DNA of 60,949 nt, the filler included, from Sanchytrium tribonematis (taxonomy: Eukaryota), in assembly GCA_018985235.1 (NCBI GenBank). It is 6 parts of 6 records of this genome, joined end to end, with 100 filler letters (N's around TTAATTAATTAA, not from the genome) between each part and the next. Parts side by side here need not be neighbours in the genome. Positions count along the whole stretch, not along the records: positions 50,937 to 60,949 come from JADGIG010000310.1; 5 more parts are not named here. One strand, written 5' to 3'. Of the stretch, positions 55,207-60,949 are shown piece by piece. The position numbers and the translations under genes are program-made. Position 1 is the stretch's first letter. Every line of letters begins with the position of its first letter. A model generated the notes under the pieces. It did no database searches. It worked only from the letters and a program-made list of their open reading frames with translations, and was not told the DNA's origin.

Positions 55207-57051
55207 ATGTTGTTTGCATTATGGACTGTATTTGGTATGTCAGGAGAAACTGAAAGCACAGAAACAATGAGTCTTGCATACTTTATGGAAATAGCAAGCA
55301 TTTTAGATCCAGTGTTTTCAGCATTGCCTATTGAACAATTAATGGAATGCATTAATGTAAAATATCATGATGATCCAAATCTCTGGATGTCATGTCTACC
55401 TAATGGATTCAATTGGGGTAGTGTTTTAAAGTCTATTCGATTGGTGCCTGCCTCGGAATCTGTCCCCGATTATATCGAACGTAAATTGGAAAAGGTTTAC
55501 ACATGTACAACACCCCCTCATTTGCTAAAAAAGAGATCTCTTGATAGTCCTACTACAAATCAGAAAATGCAAGCATTGATTTTTGTGGGTATTGTATATT
55601 ACTCTGCGTCTCAATATGGATGTATAGATCCAATATTCAAGACTATTGGGGCAACCATCAGTGTAATTGGCATATTATCGTCTTTTCTGAAAGTCTATGT
55701 AGAAAGTATTAAAATCAATATTGATTTGATTGCAAAATTAAAAATGTATTCACATGATTCACCCGTGTACAGAAGAATCAGTGGTGTAAACGAGGACTTT
55801 TTAAAACCAGCTCAAGTATTGAAAACAAATAAAAGCATTTGGAAACCAACTCAGTATAAAAAATACAAAAATCTAGATGAAGTATTGAAAAAATATAAAA
55901 GCATTTGGAAAATGTATGAATCCATTTACAAGATTGATTGGTTTAATCCAAATTTCATCACCGATTTAGAACCAGCCAGCTTAGTCAACTCAGTGTACTA
56001 TGCAGGGGTGTATTTAGAAATTGTACTTAAAAAGTTCAATGGACATGGAAATGATTTGCCTCCAAAAAGAAATGTACCAAAGAGAGTGATCCTTGTTTTG
56101 AAAGAAAAAGACTATAGAATCACATTAAATAATGTACTGCCAGATATAATCCTTGAAATTTATTCATCAATTTTGAATAGTGAGCATTTTCGAGAAACCC
56201 CACTACTTTTAAAGGAAATGGCATTTGTTTTTCTGCTTAAAAGACCAAGCAATACAAATGAATTGATTGCAGTGATTCAGCAAATATCTAAATATTATCA
56301 AAATGGAAATATTTTAAAGAATTGCATGAGTTTATTAAAATACAGGGAACTGCCTTGGGAAGGATCAAATGAAAACTCAGAATATCTTAATAGTCCAACG
56401 GTGGAAATTTGGCTGCCAAAAGAATTGGAAAACATGAAAATAAGATGGCTATCAGATGATTTGTATCAGGATCTAATGAGTTTTGGTCCCAAAAGTTTAA
56501 GAGTGCGATTAAAACAAAGTTATTTGATTGTATTTGGGAATCCTGAATTTAAATATTCTGAATTATTATCCATTGAAGACAGAGCTAGACAAGCCAATAC
56601 TTTGTTTTATGCTGCTATGTATATTGCGACTAATAAGCTTTCTTCATTACAAATTAATCAAATTTGGAAGAAAGTTTTGGATTCTTTACGTACTTTTGAT
56701 CGAATGCGTGACACTTATGGTAAAATCATGAATGATTTGTTTCACAAAGTCAGCTCAGAGGTGCAAAATGAGATGGAATTAACAGATAAAATATCACAAT
56801 TGCTTCAAGATTTTGCGGTTGTATTTTATGTGAATAGACCAGGAGCACTTAAGACGCAAAGAGAAGCAATTCGGGCAATTTTGGTGAAGTATGACAATTT
56901 TGGCAAATTCAAAGAATACAAGAAGATGTTGCCAGAAAAGTTTGATGATGTTTCAATAGGAACAAGACCATTTAAAATGGAGGTAATTGAATACATGCCA
57001 TTAGAATTAGTGGAGAGAGTGGAGTCGTTTCAAAATGGACAGTATTTGTGA
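55207..57051 (+). CDS. Hypothetical secretory protein with a Cys-containing prodomain, KR site and two internal helical repeats
   Basis: CCCCC directly before ATG 55207, MLFALWTVFG, LLKKRS, and repeated YYAGVYL/FYAAMYI..LLKEMAFVFLLKRP/LLQDFAVVFYVNRP..WLPKEL/YMPLEL. Confidence 0.65.
   Translation: MLFALWTVFGMSGETESTETMSLAYFMEIASILDPVFSALPIEQLMECINVKYHDDPNLWMSCLPNGFNWGSVLKSIRLVPASESVPDYIERKLEKVYTCTTPPHLLKKRSLDSPTTNQKMQALIFVGIVYYSASQYGCIDPIFKTIGATISVIGILSSFLKVYVESIKINIDLIAKLKMYSHDSPVYRRISGVNEDFLKPAQVLKTNKSIWKPTQYKKYKNLDEVLKKYKSIWKMYESIYKIDWFNPNFITDLEPASLVNSVYYAGVYLEIVLKKFNGHGNDLPPKRNVPKRVILVLKEKDYRITLNNVLPDIILEIYSSILNSEHFRETPLLLKEMAFVFLLKRPSNTNELIAVIQQISKYYQNGNILKNCMSLLKYRELPWEGSNENSEYLNSPTVEIWLPKELENMKIRWLSDDLYQDLMSFGPKSLRVRLKQSYLIVFGNPEFKYSELLSIEDRARQANTLFYAAMYIATNKLSSLQINQIWKKVLDSLRTFDRMRDTYGKIMNDLFHKVSSEVQNEMELTDKISQLLQDFAVVFYVNRPGALKTQREAIRAILVKYDNFGKFKEYKKMLPEKFDDVSIGTRPFKMEVIEYMPLELVERVESFQNGQYL
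55814..55911 (+). repeat. 32-bp imperfect direct repeat, 66-bp period, within the CDS
   Basis: aagtattgaaaacaaataaaagcatttggaaa (55814) and aagtattgaaaaaatataaaagcatttggaaa (55880). Confidence 0.8.
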
Positions 57052-57239
57052 AAAAAATAAATATTTGGAATTAATCCTCAGCAGATTTAAACTTGAGGAT
57101 GTTTGGTTTACGTAGATTTTGATTTATCTACAACCATTTAAAAGAATTAGCATGCCAAATTGCTACGGATACATAAAAACTTCTGTAGCTTAAAAGAAAA
57201 TCTGTGATTACGAAAACACCATGGAAATAAATCAATTTA

Positions 57240-58844
57240 TTATTTTAAATGCAATTTCTCTAAAATAGTAGCATACGCACCTGGTAAATGATCCAAATAC
57301 ATATTAGTAGGTAAAAACCATATCTCTTCACATATTTCTCTATTGATCTCGAATATGTCTTCTTCTATGTAATATAATTGACCGGGTACATATAATTTGG
57401 CATGATGAAATTGGGGTAAATTGGATTTTAATTTTTTCTTACATTTTTCAATCAAATCAAATGCGTCAGACTGATTTGAGTAACTAGTTGTCATTAAATT
57501 GGCACAAATCATGACTAAATCACTGACAGATCCATAACTCACTCGACTCACAATATCGTGTCTATAAATGAAAGAATGGATGAAATGATCATGTTCACTG
57601 GCTAAATTAAGACTTAAGATAGGTGGACATCCAAACGAATAGACTTGTAATGGAAATGGCTGTTTAATTTGCCATAAAATACCCAAAATAGACGCAATGG
57701 CACCTCCTAAAGAATGGCCTGTTAAAATGACTTGTTTGGCATTCCATAGATCGTATTGATCCATAATCTCACCCAACAACTCGCTCTCAAATTTATTAAC
57801 AAATCGGTAAATGCCAGAATGAATAAATCCATTTTCCCATGGGGTATATTCTGTTTGGAAATCAATTAATGAATCTGCAAATGACATGGTGCCTCTAAAA
57901 CTCACAATAATGGCTTTATCTACCGCATCATAACATATAAAATGACAGGGCATTTCTGTATCTCCTTGAAAATATGAAATAAATTCATCTTCTTTTAAAT
58001 GCTGTAAATATTGTTTAATGGCTGTGGTATTCTTATTATTCTGTAGCGCGGCTTTGAATATACCTTGTCCTTTATTGAAAAAGTTGATGCCTTGCCATCC
58101 GTATGAGCTAAACGCATAATCATGAAATTGATTGATTCTTAAAATGGGTATTTTACAGGGAGTTTCCAAGGGTATCTTTAATTGTGAGTAGTATTTCTCA
58201 ATCATTAAATAGCCAGTCATCCATTGCAATGGGTTTAAATTGTCATATCCCTTTTGAAATGAAATTAAAATATCTCTAATTTTTAATATCGCATTTTTAT
58301 TCTCCTGATTGATAAACCAGGAAGAATCACTTGGTGCCACAGCATCATCAGAGATATTAGAATCCAAATCATGTACTACGGTGTGTTTATTCACGAATTG
58401 GATGGGTTCTATGACTTCAATCTTTTCAGGCCAATCTAAAGAATAAGAGCCTTTTAAAATATCCAATATAAATGACTCACAGTCATCTTCTAGTAATAAA
58501 TGGACAACACCAATCCCATGATCCTCATTTATTGGTAATTTACCACCATCTTTAGTAATTTCAAAATAAGTGTCCATATTTAACCCATTTAAGAGTAATA
58601 ATCGAATGTGACATCTCCCAATCCATTTCTCAAATACGCCAATGGTACTCGTATAAATATCCAATTGAATTGAGTAAAATAATCGCATGTGAAAATTCAA
58701 ATCTTCAAATTCGAATACTTCATTCCACATCCCATGTTCTAAAGTGGACCATGAAGATTGATAATTGATATTGCCAATGGATAGTTTGATGCAGAGTGGA
58801 GAATGATGCTCTAATAATTGACATTTTAAAAGTTTTAGTTTCAT
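57240..58844 (-). CDS. C2 domain + class 3 lipase (DAG lipase-like)
   Basis: C2-like WNEVFEF..WIGRC, IIVSFRGT, HSG, TGHSLGGA, FGCPP, DIVSR, DH. Confidence 0.9.
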   Translation of the reverse strand: MKLKLLKCQLLEHHSPLCIKLSIGNINYQSSWSTLEHGMWNEVFEFEDLNFHMRLFYSIQLDIYTSTIGVFEKWIGRCHIRLLLLNGLNMDTYFEITKDGGKLPINEDHGIGVVHLLLEDDCESFILDILKGSYSLDWPEKIEVIEPIQFVNKHTVVHDLDSNISDDAVAPSDSSWFINQENKNAILKIRDILISFQKGYDNLNPLQWMTGYLMIEKYYSQLKIPLETPCKIPILRINQFHDYAFSSYGWQGINFFNKGQGIFKAALQNNKNTTAIKQYLQHLKEDEFISYFQGDTEMPCHFICYDAVDKAIIVSFRGTMSFADSLIDFQTEYTPWENGFIHSGIYRFVNKFESELLGEIMDQYDLWNAKQVILTGHSLGGAIASILGILWQIKQPFPLQVYSFGCPPILSLNLASEHDHFIHSFIYRHDIVSRVSYGSVSDLVMICANLMTTSYSNQSDAFDLIEKCKKKLKSNLPQFHHAKLYVPGQLYYIEEDIFEINREICEEIWFLPTNMYLDHLPGAYATILEKLHLK

Positions 58845-58872
58845 GGAGAGTAGCGTGTGCAGATGGCATTTA

Positions 58873-59079
58873 TTAATAAATTAACATGTGAATGGACATG
58901 ATGATTAAACTAAAAGAGACATAGGGAGATAATCTTTCACCAATTCTACTTAATTTCCATGCAAAACTGAATATGCCTTCTCTTTTGAATAATTTGAATT
59001 GTGAATTGATATAGGTGCTTGTGCAAATGAGCAATAGAATGACCATTAAAAGAGATTGGAAATTGAAGAGCGCGGACAT
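58873..59079 (-). CDS. KSH1: Protein kish (TMEM167)
   Basis: MSALFNFQSLLMVILLLICTSTY..WKLSRIGERLSPYVS. Confidence 0.95.
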   Translation of the reverse strand: MSALFNFQSLLMVILLLICTSTYINSQFKLFKREGIFSFAWKLSRIGERLSPYVSFSLIIMSIHMLIY

Positions 59080-59224
59080 TGTTTCAAAAAATATCGCTCA
59101 TTGGTTTATTGCAAATTGGATTACTTGCATTGTATTTTGTTACCAATCCTAGAATTGTACAAGTGATTGCAATGCTTGCCTTTATCAAAAAACAGAATAA
59201 AAGGGATCCTGTTTCTTTTCGTAA

Positions 59225-59572
59225 ATGATGTTTCTTTTTATTTTTGCAACTATTGCTTTACAAACAACAACTATCTCCAAAATATATTACGAAAACCGAG
59301 TAAAAAAAATAATCAAAACAGCAGGTAATTGTGTTTATCAACAAAGTTTGAAGTTGGAATGTAAAGACAACCAATTCAATTGCATGTTTACGGCACTCAC
59401 AAATTGCGGTATTGCTGCAAAAGCCTTTACTAAACCTGCAAAAACAATTATAGAAAATTGTACTGACAAGAAAGACAAATGTGATGAGAAAAGCAAAAAA
59501 GATTCCATTAATTGTTCAATAGTTCAAAAATATAAATGCTTTATACAATTTCGAAACTTGGACGTATTTTAA
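59225..59572 (+). CDS. Small secreted cysteine-rich protein
   Basis: Short hydrophobic N-terminus, 8 Cys, 115 aa. Confidence 0.7.
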   Translation: MMFLFIFATIALQTTTISKIYYENRVKKIIKTAGNCVYQQSLKLECKDNQFNCMFTALTNCGIAAKAFTKPAKTIIENCTDKKDKCDEKSKKDSINCSIVQKYKCFIQFRNLDVF

Positions 59573-59754
59573 AACACTGATCGCCAATAAATGATTATCA
59601 ACTCACTCAATTGAAATCCTTTTTCAGTTTACCCGAGTCTATCTTGCATCAATCTGATTTACGACTTGTTCCCAATCATAAACCAAGTCTGAATTAATAA
59701 TGTGCTTGTATGTGCTTGCACGTGACATAAAAGGAAGTCAGTCCCCCAAAATCA

Positions 59755-60084
59755 ATGATCTTTGCTTTGACTCTCTTCGCTAGCCCACTCGCTAAATCAA
59801 CTACCAATCAAGTAAGTCACCTAAAAGAGCATGCCAAATGTGTTCGCCAACATTACACGTTAGTGGTAAACCAAAACAAAAAAATGTGTCAAGATGAAGC
59901 TGTTGAATGTAAATCAAAAGCAATGAATTTTTGTGGTACAAAGAAACGATTTAAGTTGAGCGTTGAAGATAAGCGAAAATTATCTGAATGTGTGCACGCA
60001 AATGGAAATGCAATTTGTTGGAAAGCACCCAAACCTCATGACTGTTATCAAGAGGAATACTTTAAATGCTACCAAAAATTCTAA
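59755..60084 (+). CDS. Small secreted cysteine-rich protein
   Basis: MIFALTLFA, 8 Cys, 109 aa. Confidence 0.7.
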   Translation: MIFALTLFASPLAKSTTNQVSHLKEHAKCVRQHYTLVVNQNKKMCQDEAVECKSKAMNFCGTKKRFKLSVEDKRKLSECVHANGNAICWKAPKPHDCYQEEYFKCYQKF

Positions 60085-60343
60085 AAACAATAAAACAATG
60101 TTGACACAATATATTTTCAATCTTAACTTACAAGCAATACAAAGGATAATGATTTGGCATAATTATATTGCAAATAGACCATTCAACCATTGAATCAGTT
60201 GCAATATCCTTGGGATTTCATTTAAGCGTAAAATAAATTAAAATGCAAGTAAAATTAACCAATCAAAAATGGGTAAATATTAATTTAAATGCTTGCAATT
60301 GGTAAATAAACACATAAAAGGGGACAAAGGTCCATTAAATAAC

Positions 60344-60742
60344 ATGATGTACTTGATTGCGTTAACTGTCTTTGCTGCACCAGCTGTGAAATCAATGTCA
60401 TTATCCGCAAAAAAAGCAGTAGTCAAAAAGGAAAACATGAATGATCTTGCCCAATGTATTTTGAATTTAAGTATTCAATATGGTTGTCCAACAAATGGAA
60501 TTTACTGTGAAGCAGTCACTATGGATAAATGCAACCACGCTCTTCCTGCAAATAGTTATTATGGGAAGCAAACACCGGCAGAAAAGAAAAAATTTGGGGA
60601 TTGTGTGGATCCGCGTCTTCAACAATGTTTAAAGTTAGATCATGGTAAGGTGAAAAAGCCATCTAAAACAACTAAACAACCAGCTGGGCTCGATTGCTTC
60701 GTAGATGCTACTTTTGATTGTATGACATCACTTGTTAAGTAG
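60344..60742 (+). CDS. Small secreted cysteine-rich protein
   Basis: MMYLIALTVFA, 8 Cys with spacing similar to the two neighbours. Confidence 0.7.
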   Translation: MMYLIALTVFAAPAVKSMSLSAKKAVVKKENMNDLAQCILNLSIQYGCPTNGIYCEAVTMDKCNHALPANSYYGKQTPAEKKKFGDCVDPRLQQCLKLDHGKVKKPSKTTKQPAGLDCFVDATFDCMTSLVK

Positions 60743-60949
60743 TAAATTGTGTCAATCTATGATTTTCAAAAACACTTCTCTAAATTCTTAAAAATTACCC
60801 ATTTCAAATGTTATACGCGTTAATTCTTGTCATGTCCATCTCAATAGATTGCGCAGTAGTCATTAAACTAGCAGATCAATTGCATTTTAAACAGAAATAT
60901 CCCACCCTTTACTCAAAAATAGAATCAGATTGTTGTTTATCTTGATCAA

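Noticed and set aside
1..60949. CRISPR arrays, rRNA, tRNA or prokaryotic operons
   Set aside because: None seen by eye. The content is eukaryotic, and the only periodic repeats are LRR/SEL1 coding repeats and linkers.

Overview
Eukaryotic, AT-rich, very gene-dense DNA from six unrelated contigs (1-10180, 10281-20381, 20482-30546, 30647-40697, 40798-50836, 50937-60949). They are joined by artificial 100-nt N44-TTAATTAATTAA-N44 spacers and ordered by decreasing length, so adjacency across spacers has no biological meaning. Gene content (PacC/Rim101-type zinc finger, MRP51-like, GT71 mannosyltransferase, kinesin-2, Hydin-like, class C GPCR, TMC, exportin-6-like, LRR receptor-like proteins) suggests an early-diverging zoosporic fungus or relative with a compact genome. 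A Sanchytriomycota/Blastocladiomycota-like affinity is an inference only. Contig 1 is a graveyard of decayed mobile elements: PIF/Harbinger, an A22/RuvC-like resolvase, a tyrosine recombinase, Ty3/Gypsy and Helitron. Contigs 2-3 hold housekeeping genes, and contigs 4-6 are rich in candidate secreted/effector genes. The two strongest signals are (i) three independent GT-AG introns of exactly 19 nt, each with a branch-like A six nt from the 3' end, and (ii) a recurrent ultra-short (9-11 aa) signal-peptide-like N-terminus on about ten secretory/effector genes, including kinases. All family assignments come from motif recognition by eye; no database search was run.
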